Positions 50,501-63,081 of a DNA stretch of 64,000 nucleotides are shown piece by piece. The stretch is taken from contig ML978127.1 in NCBI GenBank assembly GCA_010015805.1, positions 1,178,001 to 1,242,000 of the forward strand, read 5' to 3'. Every line of letters begins with the position of its first letter. The first letter of the stretch is position 1. Source of the stretch: Rhizodiscina lignyota. Taxonomy: Eukaryota. The notes under the pieces are model-generated. The model ran no database searches. It was not told where the DNA came from and saw only the letters and a program-made list of their open reading frames with translations. Position numbers and translations under genes: made by a program.

Positions 50501-52212
50501 CAGTCTTCAAAACCTTACAAGCAGCGAATACGGACATTTCTAGACTCCAGGATGGTGAGCAATGCAAGGAAAGCTTCCAGAAGGCAATGTGATTGACGAC
50601 ATATCCGCCGCCACAATCAAGCAAATTCTCCTGGACGGAGTTTTCCATACTTGTGCTGATCATACTCGCCCGCTTTGGGCGATCATACACCTGATCCAGA
50701 TTGGTGATTTACGCCTGGGATTGAAATTTCGCCTCAACATACCTCATTTGACCCGAAATGTGTTAGTGATTAACATCGACAGATATACATTGCCTCCGTC
50801 ACGCTGGAGTTGGCAGTCCATGTGCTAAGGCGGCCTTGATTTCTAGAGCGGCACAAAGGTGTAGCCCCTGAGACTGCACAAACTGTTTCATTGATTCGTC
50901 AGTCACATTCCATACGAAGCATCATGGCCTTCCGTAAGCGGTCAGTAACGAGTGATGGGCGCTCAAGGCCACCGTTGGAGGAAGTACGCCACAAGAGCCA
51001 GCGGGGCTTGCGGAAGACCCAACGGATAGGCTCCCGTTGAAGCTCGCAAAAGAGTCCGTGGCACATGGCTATGGCATGGCGGCCCGCCCGGGGACTACCC
51101 ATGCCTGGGCCAGCCTGGTACGCCATCTCTCCAACCCTTAGCGGCGGGCCTATCAAACGGTGATGCACTGATCCGTCGAACGGTTGTCCGACCGTTGCCC
51201 TAGCCCTCCATGCTGAGACCACTGAGCGACACATGGGAGCTGGTCATTCGACATGGTGGACTATCCCAGCTCTGCCCACTCTCCGACACCTCCAAATGTT
51301 GGCCTTCAGGGTTGCTGGATCCGGGAGAAGAGGTCAGGGGCTGACGTGCAATCTGCATTCTCATAGAATTGCTAACAGCAAATGAGGTGAGCGAGCCCGC
51401 ATGTACCACAAGCGCGCTCCCGAGAGCGAAGTGATACTCGATACTAGGTGGACTGATATCTAGACCCATTGGCAGGAAATACACTTTCCGCATCGCCACA
51501 AACTATTCGCCCTAAACTGTGGCCACCAACCACGAAAAAGGCCCCGAGAAGGCACTAAGAACTGGCTCTAGACCCGATAGATTTCCAATCTTCCTATACG
51601 AAATTCCGTGTACCTACATCCTGCGCCCACCCCTTCGCCGGCGGCAGAAAGAGCGACATCGCAGAAAGATATGCTCCCCCATGCGTGATCCGCAAACAGC
51701 TGACAGCAGATCCTGCAGGCCTTTCCCTTCCTCTCTCTCGTGCGGAAGGCAAGACAGGCCAGGCTGATCTTGATGTACATCTACATCTGCAGTGCTGCAT
51801 TCAGGTATGTAATGTCAGATACTGGTGTCGTGCCGGATGAGATCAGATTGGGGACAAGGTCGCCTCGTGCGGATGCTGATGACGATTGATGACCCTCAGC
51901 CTTCAGCCTGCTCGGATAATCCGCTCTTTGGGATCTCCTCGAGACTGACCGCATTATACTAACCCTCACCCGACGGGCACCGCTGAATCGAAATGTCACC
52001 CTGATATTACACATTACTCGCGCGTGCTGTCGCATATACACAAGTTCAACAAGTCGCCAGCGAGGCGACGACGTTCGGAGACGCACTACGTAGGGGCAAC
52101 AAGGAGGAGGCGAGCCACATGCTGGGATTGACGACTTTGCCAGGGAGCCAGAGTGGAGACTGGAAGGCACTCCAGGGAGCGAAGCGTGGAAGATCTGCGC
52201 AAGAGACTCTTG

Positions 52213-52213
<1 letters not shown>

Positions 52214-52265
<52 letters not shown>
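52214..52265 (+). repeat. Tetranucleotide microsatellite (CCTG)13
   Basis: Thirteen perfect CCTG units followed by two CTTG variants. Confidence 0.95.
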
Positions 52266-53474
52266 CTTGCTTGCTCGAGCACGCCTTCACACTGCAGAGC
52301 ATACCTCCACCTTGGAGGGGTGGGCATACTGGGCGAAGATGACATGCGATTTTCGGCACTTCGGATGCCCCCAACATCGTATTTCACGTCCCCTTTCGTC
52401 CGTCGGTGCAGTGCAGCTGAACGAAAATGGAACGCCTCAACGAGAGGCACATGCTGCGAGTCACATGGGGAGGGAGCTGACCTGCTGGAGGTGCGGTGAT
52501 TTTCGCGAGATGCTGCGATGCACGGCAGCACGATATCCAGGTAAGGAGGTGATTTGAGCCGGGTCATGAAGCGTTCCGCTGCCCGTTTAACACCCTCGCC
52601 TGGCCCAATCGACACCAGGGATCGCGGAGGTTTGTGGGAGGGGGCCGAAATGTTGTTGAGCCCTTTCGCTTTGCTCCTGCCATGCTATTGTTACAAAGTG
52701 CCTCGCAAGTCAAGACCACCTACATGTTTTCTTTTTTTCCTCTAGGCTATCACAGCTGCTATCCTACGTGTCACTCTGCGGGGCTCACACCTAGCCAAAC
52801 ATCTCTCCATGTCCGTCGTCAACGTGCTTCCTTCCTGTTCTGGATCTCCCCGACGGAGCTGAGCCTGCTTCCATCCAGTCAATTCAGATTCCTGCTGGAA
52901 CCTGCTGGATGAATGACTCTGCAGAGTTCACCATTGGTAAGTTGAAGTCTCATACCACTAGACATAGGGCATTCGATTACTTTCTCTGCGCTATCTGCGG
53001 TCCAATCCTGAAGGAAGCTATCCATGGCATTCGAATCTTTTACAGCAAACAGCAACGGATGATTGCAACCCCAGCGTAGCAGAGATAGATCAGGAGCTTT
53101 ACACAATACACATAGACTATGCAGCATCATGCTCCATGGAGATTACAAGATGCTGTTATGGCGGTAGTGAAGGAGACGTTGTAAGAGGATTGCTGTTTGG
53201 AGGTTTCTTCTGAAAAAGCCGTTCGAAGCGAGCTCTAAGACAGCATGAGTTCAAATCAGGAGCCGTCTAAGGAGTTGGACATAATAGTTCTCTTTTCTAT
53301 ATTCTATATCGATATGTGTAAATGATCTAACTTACTCTCAAGCATTGTAGTCACAAGCTGCCATTCAGCTGAAAAGCTGAAAAGTCGTGAGAAAGAACCT
53401 AGGATCCACAATCTCTCCACGCCTCGACCAAATCTTCACCCACCCTACCATATCACAAATGCGTCCTACAATAA

Positions 53475-55994
53475 TCACAATCCTGCTAAACCCTTCTCCT
53501 CACCCTTATCAACCTTCGGCCTCTCCTTCTCCATCAACACCGCCTTGACCTTGCCCTCAATCTCTCCTTGCACCCACCTCTCCAGCCTCTCCATCGCCGG
53601 CTCATACACACGCCCTTCGTATGTCTGACTCTTTAGAAACGGACACTTGTCAGGCCTGGCCGCGAGATATCTGCACACATGCATGTGCAAATAGATTGCG
53701 ACCTTCTGATTCGCGCGTGGCGTGAGCTTAAACTGGCTCAACAAGTACGCCGAGATGTCTGACGGATCTGAGTGCGCGGCGCTGTTGCTACCAGCGAAGT
53801 AGTAGTCTTCTGTCTCGTCTGCTTTCGAAGGCACGGTGCCACCAGCGAGATTTGGCACGTCGAGCCAGCCAGAGGTATCGATCCAGAAGACGTTTTTGTC
53901 GCCGTCTTTGCGAAGGCGCCGGACGACTTCGAGCGTGCTATGCTCCATCTCGCCGCCAAATGGGCGCATTACGAAGATCGGGATCAACGGTCCACCGAAG
54001 GGTTCGTCGTCCTCGTCAGTGTCGCTGATACCATCTCCATCGCTCTCGTCGTAGCCCAGATAGTCGGATTCTGGGGATTGTGGCTCATACAATCCGAGAG
54101 CCAACTCGCCTTGATACCCAGCTTTGTCTCTGCGTGAACTGCTACGTTTTCGAGACGAGCCAAGATATTCGCCGAAGGTGGTCAGAGGAGACACGACAGA
54201 AGGATAGGCAAGATTACGGATAGCCTTAATCAGAGAGATATAAGTCTCTTCAAAGTCGCTCATCAGCTCAAGCCTGGTTTTGTTGTAAACATCAGGGTAG
54301 CGAGCGAACGAATCGCCGTCAGAAGAGCCGAGATTCATGATGATGACATCTGGTATGTCATTGTGGAAGGACCAGGTATGTTCGAAGTGTGCCGAGGAAG
54401 GCGGACCGCCTCTGAAATACACGTCGCCCATCCCGTGTTCTTTGACATCTACCTCTTTGGTGCCTTCTCCTGCTCTCTCCTTCCCAAGCGTAGGTACGAC
54501 ACAACCTTGGACAAGACACATTCCTTCAGTGCCCACAGAGATGTGATCGATTCCGAACATCTCACCCAGCAGATAGTCCCAGCCCATGACGCCAGCTAAT
54601 AGCCCTCGAGGGCCTTTCGAACCTCTCAAACCCACAGCGCTGCGAGAACCTGGCATGTCGGTAATAAACTCAATGAGTTTTCTTCGTCGGACAGATGGCG
54701 TATTATCCACATCTTCATGTTTAGCTACACCAGCTGACGGATGTGTTGCAGCATGGCCATGGAGTAGATGGAGGTTCCAAAGCCTACTCAAACCCTTCTC
54801 GTGTGCTTTTCCAACCTCAGTATGCTCTTCACTGAATCGCGCGTCTTCGTCATCGCTTTTACCACAGCGCACTCCGTCAACATAGCCCAGCCGAGCACCT
54901 TTCTCGATCCACAAGCCTTCCAATTGTACCATCTCGGATCCAGTACCATCAGTCATCGGCGCAATGATCCTAATACTGTGCCAGTCACTCCTGCTCAGGT
55001 CGTTTACTCGTATTGGGACGAGGTGCGAGACATTTGATAAGGCGATGTACTCTTCATCATCGATACGGGCAAGGAGCGAGATGGGCCCTGAAGTGATCCG
55101 GAGGCGAGTATTTGCGGTGAAAGAGAGATGATTGTGGAGGCGACGATTCATATTAATTACACCTGTGGTCGTCGGTTTTGCCAGGGTCAGGCTCGTTTTA
55201 GACGCAGATGCCGTCGACCTGGAGATCAGTAACTTGTGGTCTGCTGGAAGATTTGCAAGAGAAAGAAGCAACGTCGATGTTCCAGTCACATTAAGGTCGA
55301 AGTAGACCCCCGGAAATGCGCCGTCCCACCTCATACGGTTCGGCGTGGGAGTCCATCGTCCGACGTAGTGTATTCGAGCATCACCGGCTCCAACAAATGT
55401 CATCTCCGCACCGACCATCCTGCTCACCCTCTGTACTACACTCAGAGTCGGTCCATGGGGGTGATCAAGACCAAGAAGTCCAGCAACAGCCCCACGAAGC
55501 ATCCAAAGGGCAATACTTGTGAGAAGGAGGTATAGCCAAAAGACAGGGCTGCGAATGATGTCCCACAAACGCTCCTTCGCCGCATAATGCTTCTCTGAGA
55601 AAGGCGAGTTGGTCGAAACAGAGGAGAAGGAAAACTTAAAGGATGGCGACGAGCCCCAATCGCTACCATTTTCCTTCAGAGGTTTGTAGCATGGCGTCCG
55701 CAGCCGGGTAAAGCTCGTCCTTCGCTTGGGCTTCGTCGAAGGAGAAGCGGCCAAGAGCGTGGTAGAGGCAAGCGAAGACGATGAGATTGAAGACGGCAAG
55801 AACCATTTTCGGAGTGGTGTTGCAGCTGCACTTGATTCAGTGGTATGCTGGGTAAGATCAATCTGCGCTAGCAAGCCATGTTCAGGAGAAGAAGGCAAAG
55901 AGACTGAGCGACGAAGAGGCTCATGAGTGAGAGGCGAAGGGTCTGAAGGGCGGTATGAGTGAGATCGGTGCGGTGATGTTGGAGTGGATAGCAT
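53475..55994 (-). CDS. Single-TM-anchored SGNH-hydrolase-like (CE2-like) protein, 839 aa
   Basis: Ser-rich N-terminus, TM segment (VFWLYLLLTSIALWML), then IHYVGRW..FPGVYF, LIEFITD, PDVIIMNLGSSD, IFVMRPFGG, VFWIDTSGWL, ANQKVAIYL. This is the block order of fungal SGNH/CE2-like esterases. Confidence 0.72.
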   Translation of the reverse strand: MLSTPTSPHRSHSYRPSDPSPLTHEPLRRSVSLPSSPEHGLLAQIDLTQHTTESSAAATPLRKWFLPSSISSSSLASTTLLAASPSTKPKRRTSFTRLRTPCYKPLKENGSDWGSSPSFKFSFSSVSTNSPFSEKHYAAKERLWDIIRSPVFWLYLLLTSIALWMLRGAVAGLLGLDHPHGPTLSVVQRVSRMVGAEMTFVGAGDARIHYVGRWTPTPNRMRWDGAFPGVYFDLNVTGTSTLLLSLANLPADHKLLISRSTASASKTSLTLAKPTTTGVINMNRRLHNHLSFTANTRLRITSGPISLLARIDDEEYIALSNVSHLVPIRVNDLSRSDWHSIRIIAPMTDGTGSEMVQLEGLWIEKGARLGYVDGVRCGKSDDEDARFSEEHTEVGKAHEKGLSRLWNLHLLHGHAATHPSAGVAKHEDVDNTPSVRRRKLIEFITDMPGSRSAVGLRGSKGPRGLLAGVMGWDYLLGEMFGIDHISVGTEGMCLVQGCVVPTLGKERAGEGTKEVDVKEHGMGDVYFRGGPPSSAHFEHTWSFHNDIPDVIIMNLGSSDGDSFARYPDVYNKTRLELMSDFEETYISLIKAIRNLAYPSVVSPLTTFGEYLGSSRKRSSSRRDKAGYQGELALGLYEPQSPESDYLGYDESDGDGISDTDEDDEPFGGPLIPIFVMRPFGGEMEHSTLEVVRRLRKDGDKNVFWIDTSGWLDVPNLAGGTVPSKADETEDYYFAGSNSAAHSDPSDISAYLLSQFKLTPRANQKVAIYLHMHVCRYLAARPDKCPFLKSQTYEGRVYEPAMERLERWVQGEIEGKVKAVLMEKERPKVDKGEEKGLAGL

Positions 55995-56429
55995 GACTGG
56001 CAGATTCAGCACAGAGAATGCGTCAATCTCAAGCAAAATAGCAAGGAAGAGAAAAGAAAGAAAGGAAGGACAGAGGGTGGAGGATGTCGTACGTCTGCCG
56101 CTTCGGCGGAATCATAGGAGGTAGGAAGGAGCAACAGCAGGCAAGCGCGTTCGACATGCAACCACACCACCTTATGGAACAGCCGTCAATTGAGTCCACT
56201 GCTCCATATACACAATAGGATGGTATTTCTTCCCAGCCGAACCCAACCCAACCCAAGCAAAAGCTCATTACTCAATAACTCATAACGCAGCCGATCCCAC
56301 GTCTAGGCCATACTACAGGAAGAAATACCCCGAAACTCCACCGGCCCAAACCGAATCCATTGGTTATCGCTAGAATTTTCAAGAGCAGAATTATGACGCA
56401 GTCCAGACCATCTAGCACGACCAGATGCC

Positions 56430-59400
56430 TCACATGACGACGCAGTTCTCATCATGTTGCTTCCGGTCCGTGCGCGACAGCCTCTCACGACTCTTCTGCG
56501 CCTTGTACCCGCCCTTCTTCAGCTCTTCTAGACGCTCCTGCGCCTTGGGGTATCTCAGTGCTAGAAATCACGTCAGCTGTTGCATCTGCCTTTCCGATAT
56601 AAAAGAATAGAACTCACCCGCAGCCCGTCCATACCATTTCTTCGCCTCCTCCAAGCTCCTCGGACATCCAATACCCACCTCAGTGAAATACCCCATTGCA
56701 AACATGCCCTTCGGCAGCTCTGCCTGCGCCGCCTTCCGCGCCCACAGATACGCCTCCGTGTCGCTCTGCTCCAGAATGCCAGGCGCACCTGTAAGATACC
56801 ATCCGCTCAGCGCCAGCTCCGACTGGTGCTCTTCCTGCGCCGCGGCCTTGCTGTACCATGCAATGCTGCTGCGCTGATCAATCGGCAAGCCCAGCAAACC
56901 GTACTCGAACGCTTCGCCGAGCCGGAACTGTGAGAACTTGTAACCAATGCGCGCGGCTTTCTCAAAGAGCTGAGCGGCGTATTTGTCGTCACGGATGATT
57001 CGGCCGTCGGATGGCGGTTGCGCATATAGCAGGCCTAATTCGTGTAGCGCGTGTGGGTTGTCCTTACTCGCCTTATCGGCTGCGCGTTGCAGCCAGTTGA
57101 CAGCCTCGCCAACGTTGCGTTGTTGGCCGAGCAAGCCTTTCAGGAGCACCATGCCGAGCTTATACATGCCTGCGGGCTCGCCTAAGCTTGCGGCTCTGCG
57201 GTACCACTGTACGGCCTTGAGAGGATCTTTGCGAGTGCCACCGCCTTCATCGGCACCCATTTCGCAGCAGACTGCTGTTCTATACGCAGAAGCAGGATGG
57301 CCGAGCTTGGCGGCTTGTTGATACAACTGGAATGCCTCCTTCGGATCAGGAGACAAGCCGAGCAAGCCTTGTCCATAGCAGTCGGCAAGATAGAACATTG
57401 CCTCCGAAACATTTTGACTAACGAGCTTCTTGACCATCTTGTGCGCATCGAATATGTACTTTTCTCTCGTCTTCTGGCGTGCTCGTGGGTCAGGTATTTC
57501 AGGCGTCAGAACTGTTGACGCTTCAACCATGCGCTTCGCAAGAGCGAGCGCTGTCGCGTGGTCGTTCGGATTCATTCTCAGAGTTGCGCGAAGACGCTCT
57601 AGCTCGTCATGAGTTACTGGTCCGGTAGGACCAGAAGTATCCGCACGAACAACATCCACAGAAGGTCTCGGTGATGCAGTATTCGAAGTGCTGGCACTTC
57701 CGTACATTCGCACTGGTGGTGGTTTTCCATTCGACGCTTGGCCTCCTTCCAATAGACCTGGTCGCACTGGAACTGGATGATAGGGCAGCGCGTCTGGGTT
57801 TTCCGACCGCTTCTGCACTGGCGGATCCGTATTCGTCCTCGGTCCTCCAGCAGAGACCGGCGTACGTGTTCTAGGACCTCCAGGTCCAGGATCAGACCAT
57901 TGCGATTGCCCTGTTTGCAATCGAGGCATCGGAGGAGCGCCTGGACGGCCAGGCCCTGGTGGCATTCCTACCGGTGGCATTCCTCCAGGTGGCATACCTC
58001 TCGCCCCTGGAGCTGGTCCTCTGTTCGGCACAGGCCCGTTTTGGTATCCGTATGCAGGGTCCTCTCTAAGGTCAGGCTGTGATTTTGCCTTTGGACCTTG
58101 GTTGTACATCTGAGGAGCACCTTGACCGTAGCCAGCATTACCTGCAGGGTATTCGTTCCGCTGTACTGACTGCTGCGGCGGCGCGGAATATGCATGTTGC
58201 ACTGGGCCACCATCAAAATGCAATGCATGCTCAGGTTGTGACTTGCTCGGACTTTGCGCATCAAAATTGGGCAAATCGTTGCCGTCGTCCGCATATGGAT
58301 TCGATGCATACTCATTGTAACTATTATCTTGAGTACGTTGAGCATACGCGGCTCCGTATTGCTGGTATTGGTTCTGCTCGCGCTGAGCCGGCTCTTGTTC
58401 GGCGTATCCATCAACCCCACCGGCTGCTCTTCCCATGGTGGGCCTTTCATGGCCTGTCATAGAGGACCGTCTTCTTTGCTGCGGTGGACGTGTGAACTGC
58501 CCTTGCTGATTGTATCCGCCACCTCCAGGTGTTCGTCTCCCATCAGCTGGACCAGGGCCAGGGCCAGGACCGGGTCGCGGACCTGCTCGTACACCAGTTG
58601 CTGTTGACGGCCTTGGAGGCACTTGAAACTGCGGTCTTGGTGGTGCTGGGTCTTCTGCCAGTGGCCACGACGCCTGAGGTTGAGGGGCATGATAGCCGTC
58701 AGGGGCAGTGATGGCTTGTCCCGGTCGACCATTCATCTGTTGATGTTGAAGCGGGCGCGGAGGAGCATTCATCTGTTGATGTTGCGGTGGGCGCGGGGGA
58801 GACTGCTGGTTTACTTGCCGACCTTGGCTCATTCCGTCATCGAAGCTGGGACCTCCACGTGGAGCAGCACTTCGTGCAGTTCCGGGTCTGGCGTTGTCTG
58901 AGCTATTACCCCTACGATTGTCTAGACTGGGTCTGCCGCCGTTATTAAGACTCATCTTCGCGAAGCTTTCTTCAGGAATGGTGTCTTTGGACTTCTTTCT
59001 CGTCCTCTCTTCTGATTTCTTCGTAGGAAACATTGGGAATGGATTGTCCATGGGCAAGGCAAAATTAGAATCTCGACGGTCCTCGTTGACTATGTACTCG
59101 TCAGCATTTCATGGCCAACAATTGCCTGACAAATGGTCGTACCTGGTCCTCTCCTTTGGTCTTCAAGACGCTTGCCAATAGGTCGTTGTCCAGGTCTCCC
59201 TCCAACAGGTTCAAATGGGCTTCTTCTCCCACCTCCAGCCGGGCCGTCCTCACTCCACGGCGCGCCAGCCATGCCGTTCTGATCAATTGGACTCATCTCT
59301 TGCCTGGTGCTAGGTCTAGGCCCGTTGTAGTCACCCTGTGCGCTCTGCGATCTTGCATACGCGGTTTGACTTGGAAGAGGCCGCTGCGGCGGTGGTTGCT

Positions 59401-59893
59401 GAGGTGCAAAGTTTTGTCGTGTTGGTGTTGGAGCGTTTGTTTGCATTGGGCCTGCCATATATCCCTGGCGGTCTGGCGGGGGCGCATTTGCTTGTATCGG
59501 AGGACCCATGTAGCCTCTACTTCGTGGCTGCCGCTGTTGGGGAGGTGGCTCCCGTCGTTGGGGCGGTGGTTTTTGAGCTGGCGGCTGTCCTTGTCCATAT
59601 CCCATCTGTTGCTGTGGCGGACCTCGTTGTCGCGACGACGGGCGTTGCTCATATCCATAATTATCATAGCCAGCATTCTGATTTCCGTATTGCTGCTGAT
59701 TGAATTGTCCTTGTTCTGCGTAGCCATCGTTATAGCCGTCATAACCACTTTGATCGTAGTATCCCGACTCTTGCTCCTGTCCACCGTATTGTTGTCCATA
59801 CCCTTGAGTCTGTGGAGGAGGCGGTCTCTGGTTGGGGCGATTGAAGTATGGTCTCGAAGGGGCCTGATAGCTTCCGTACTGATCGTAGGCCAT
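56430..59893 (-). CDS. CHS4: Chitin synthase activator with Sel1-like repeats (exons 59893-59143, 59089-56618, 56560-56430)
   Basis: Sel1 repeats (AMFYLADCYGQG, SAYRTAVCCEMG, GMYKLGMVLLKG, ALHELGLLY, SQFRLGEAFEYG, SELALSGWYLTG, GMFAMGYFTEVG). The spliced last exon ends in the CaaX motif CVVM*, like Chs4/Skt5. Confidence 0.92.
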
Positions 59894-61024
59894 GGTTGTG
59901 GAGAAGGGGCTTGCGTAGTGTTGTTTCAAAGGGAGCTGGAGGAAGTAGAGGTGTGACGCAGGTTCGTGTTCTTATGTGGTGGACTAGCCATGAACTATCA
60001 GTCGCGTCGCGTTGTGGGCTCCACGGAACGACAGCGATCTCGTTGCGCAGCGCCCTTCTAGCTGTGTCAACTCTCGTCTCAACCTCCTATTCGCAAGCAA
60101 CCACTGCTGCGCACGCCCGAGCTCGAGTGTTGATTACCACGACGTGTGTTGGGTAGAGGGGATGTGTAGCACCGCGTCGTCCGGCGCAAAAGCGACGGTT
60201 CTGCAGGAGATATCGCAAGTTGAAAGAAAGTTGAGGCTGATGATTACGGCTAAGGCGTTCGCCCTGAGTCTGGAACTGGGCGAGCCCTGTTTCAAAGGTG
60301 TGAAGTGGGAGCGTGTCAGTCGCGACAACAGCGGAGTACCCTGCATGTAATGGGCGCCCCTGGCAGTGTTTAATTGCTTGCCATGCAGCCCGTTCGCAGT
60401 CCAATATTTGCACACAAATCCTCGTCAGCTACCGCACTGTCGGCCTCGTAGCGTTCGGGCGAGAGGAGTGGAGTGTGGTCGGCGTCGGGGAATTGTTCGC
60501 GCTGATGCGGGATGTTGTCGTGGTATCGTGAGGATTGGCGGATCGGCGGGCTGCCGGTGCGTCGGAGGTTTTGGGCGAGGTGGGATAGAGTTTGATGAGT
60601 GAAAGAAGCAGATCTTATGCGCAATGGACAGGCTGTTTCACGGACAGGGCAGAAGGGGACGTAGGGCAGCGCAGGGAGCAGAAGAAGAGGTGCGCGTGCT
60701 GGGCGCGCCTTGTGTTCTTGAGTTATGAAGGGTGAGTGGCCATCATCTCGTCGCAGGTCCTCATGCGCGCTGCCGATCGCGGCCAATGGGCGTCGAGGAC
60801 GTCTCAGAGCCTTGCAGCGTGGCTGGTTAGCGCCTCCAGCCACTGTGGCGGCGCATCTCGCGCTCGCGTGCGCGGAGTGCAGATCCATCAGTCGTGGACG
60901 TCAGTCCCACCAACATCCGTCGGACGGGCTTTATGCAATAGCCGGAACCTTAATCCAACCTAATTTCGTCGCATTGATTTAATTTTGGACGAGCCGACAC
61001 CTCGCGAGCACATATTCCAAGAAG

Positions 61025-61549
61025 ATGGCTTCAAGAGCGGGAACGTGGTTCAAGATGTTGACAGTGTTCGTCTGATCTTGCATCCACAAACCTGTTTTTG
61101 CACGTACTGACGACCATTCAGTGGCGCAGTTCTCTGCATCGGCGGCCCGGCGTTGGTATACTACGTTTCACCAACAGAGGAGGAGCTCTTCAAGGTCGGT
61201 ATCCCTGTTCTCAGCTGTCAAGTGGTGCCGAGCGAGCGCTTAGGCCGGTCATACAGAGATATAACCCAGATCTCCAACGACGGTCACTGGAAAACCGGAA
61301 GAAGAACCAAGAGGAGTTTGACCACTTTGTCTTGAATCTGAAGGAGCTCTCAAAGTCAGATAAACCAAGTTCGTGCATCTGTGACTATTCTTGGCCTCTT
61401 CGCTGCTAATTTTGGTGGCAGTATGGGCAGCACAAGCGGATGCGGACAGAACGCGAGCAGCAGAACGTCGAGCACAGATTTTAGCGGAGAACGATGCGAT
61501 AGCCGCGGAGATGCGGCGGCAACAGCAAGAAGTTCGCAATGCGAGATAG
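61025..61549 (+). CDS. CBP4: Cytochrome b / complex III assembly factor Cbp4 (exons 61025-61065, 61122-61194, 61257-61368, 61422-61549)
   Basis: Spliced protein [60 protein letters not shown], the fungal Cbp4 signature. Confidence 0.9.
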
Positions 61550-61917
61550 TCTCCGCTGAACTTCGGTTCAAAACTGTATAGACATTTGTAGCAGTAACGC
61601 CAAAACTCCGTTCCCCGTTCCCCGTCCCCCAATCTCCCGACTATGTACGTCATCGCTATTGTAACTAACTCCCAAATATAAAGCGGAGTCGCTGAAATAG
61701 CTACTTGTAGCCCTATTTCATTTCTCGTCCTGCATGCTGCATTGTCGTGTTCCTGCCTCGGAGATATTACCGCATCTGCGCCTTGCAAAGCAGTCAGCAC
61801 ACCAAAGGCGGCCGCCAGTCCAAATAAGACCATACGTCCCCGGGAATAACAAATCGTCCCGATCCAGACTTCATAATCTCATCGAAGTTATCAAAAAGGT
61901 ATCATGAATCGACCGAT

Positions 61918-63081
61918 TCAGCAATACCCCATCTGGTCGTCGTTGTCAACCTCACCTGGAGCGAGTTGACCAAGGAATCCGCTTGTGCCTTTGACCTTTG
62001 GGGGTCGCGGTCTGCGTTTCTTCTCAAGATTTGCCTGCATGAGTCTGGCTCTCTCGGAGTTCTGCAGGTAATCGTCAACCAGCAAAGACTGGTCGTCTTG
62101 AAGGTGCTTTGGAAGTCTCAGTGTCCCAAGGCCCGTGGCTGACCGATACATCACTCCTGGCTCAGGAAGTGGAAGCTGCGACGACGCTGAAGTGCGACTT
62201 GATGTTGGTGCTACGTCCTTAGATATCTGTTTGTTCGCAACTTTCGTGCAGTATGCAACATATCCCGGGACAGAGGCGTGGCGACCAATTTTGATGCGCT
62301 TTTCCATATCCTTCCTCTCCACATCTTGCCTCATTGCTTGCTGTTCCTCTACTGATGCAGTCTTGTAACCCGGCTTCTTTTTCAGATTTTGTATTGCTCT
62401 CAAGCGCGATTTGTCATCGAGCTTCTTCGCGTGGAGCAAGCCCTTCAGCTCAACCTCCCCCGTCCAGGTAACCGGCGATGTCGGTGCGCACTTGCCAGGA
62501 TGTTTGGTGGACTTGGACTTTGAAGATTCGCGATATGGAGTACCGTCGTCAGAGTCAGAGTCATCACTCTCGTCGTCGTCCTTGTCGTCCTCGTCGTCCT
62601 CGTCGAGCTCACGAAGGATATCATCTGATGTCTTAGGTGGCGTTGGAAGGCCACTCGTTTGACCCACGCGCTGTCTCTTCGAAGGATCTTCAACTTCTTC
62701 GACCTCCTGCTCTTCAAGTTGAGAGTGACCTCTCTTCTTGTCCTTGCCTTGACGATCGGGGTTCGCACCATCGATTTGCTCCACAGTGCCATCCTCCTCA
62801 ATATCCGAGTCCATCGTGTCGCTCAAGTCGCTGTCTTCGATGTCCAAAATCTTATCCCACATGGCTGGTATGTTGTACGACGCTCTTTCTTTAGGAGCGA
62901 CCTTGTCTTTGTCAAGCTTCGCTTTCGCACTCCGCGTGATTGGTGCCATGGCGGCTGATTTGGCAAAGAGGTGTGGTGTTGAATAACGAGAGTTAAAGTT
63001 GCGATTACTCATGCGTAGTTGAGCCAAAGATGGGTGAGCTCGAGCTCGAGCTTTGGTGTTGTTGTTGTTTGTTGTAGGCAT
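61918..63081 (-). CDS. Hypothetical protein with acidic tracts and basic clusters (start at 63081 or 62949)
   Basis: 387-codon single ORF with D/E-rich blocks (DEDDEDDKDDDESDDSDSDD) and NLS-like KKRRPRPPK. I recognise no domain. Confidence 0.6.
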   Translation of the reverse strand: MPTTNNNNTKARARAHPSLAQLRMSNRNFNSRYSTPHLFAKSAAMAPITRSAKAKLDKDKVAPKERASYNIPAMWDKILDIEDSDLSDTMDSDIEEDGTVEQIDGANPDRQGKDKKRGHSQLEEQEVEEVEDPSKRQRVGQTSGLPTPPKTSDDILRELDEDDEDDKDDDESDDSDSDDGTPYRESSKSKSTKHPGKCAPTSPVTWTGEVELKGLLHAKKLDDKSRLRAIQNLKKKPGYKTASVEEQQAMRQDVERKDMEKRIKIGRHASVPGYVAYCTKVANKQISKDVAPTSSRTSASSQLPLPEPGVMYRSATGLGTLRLPKHLQDDQSLLVDDYLQNSERARLMQANLEKKRRPRPPKVKGTSGFLGQLAPGEVDNDDQMGYC

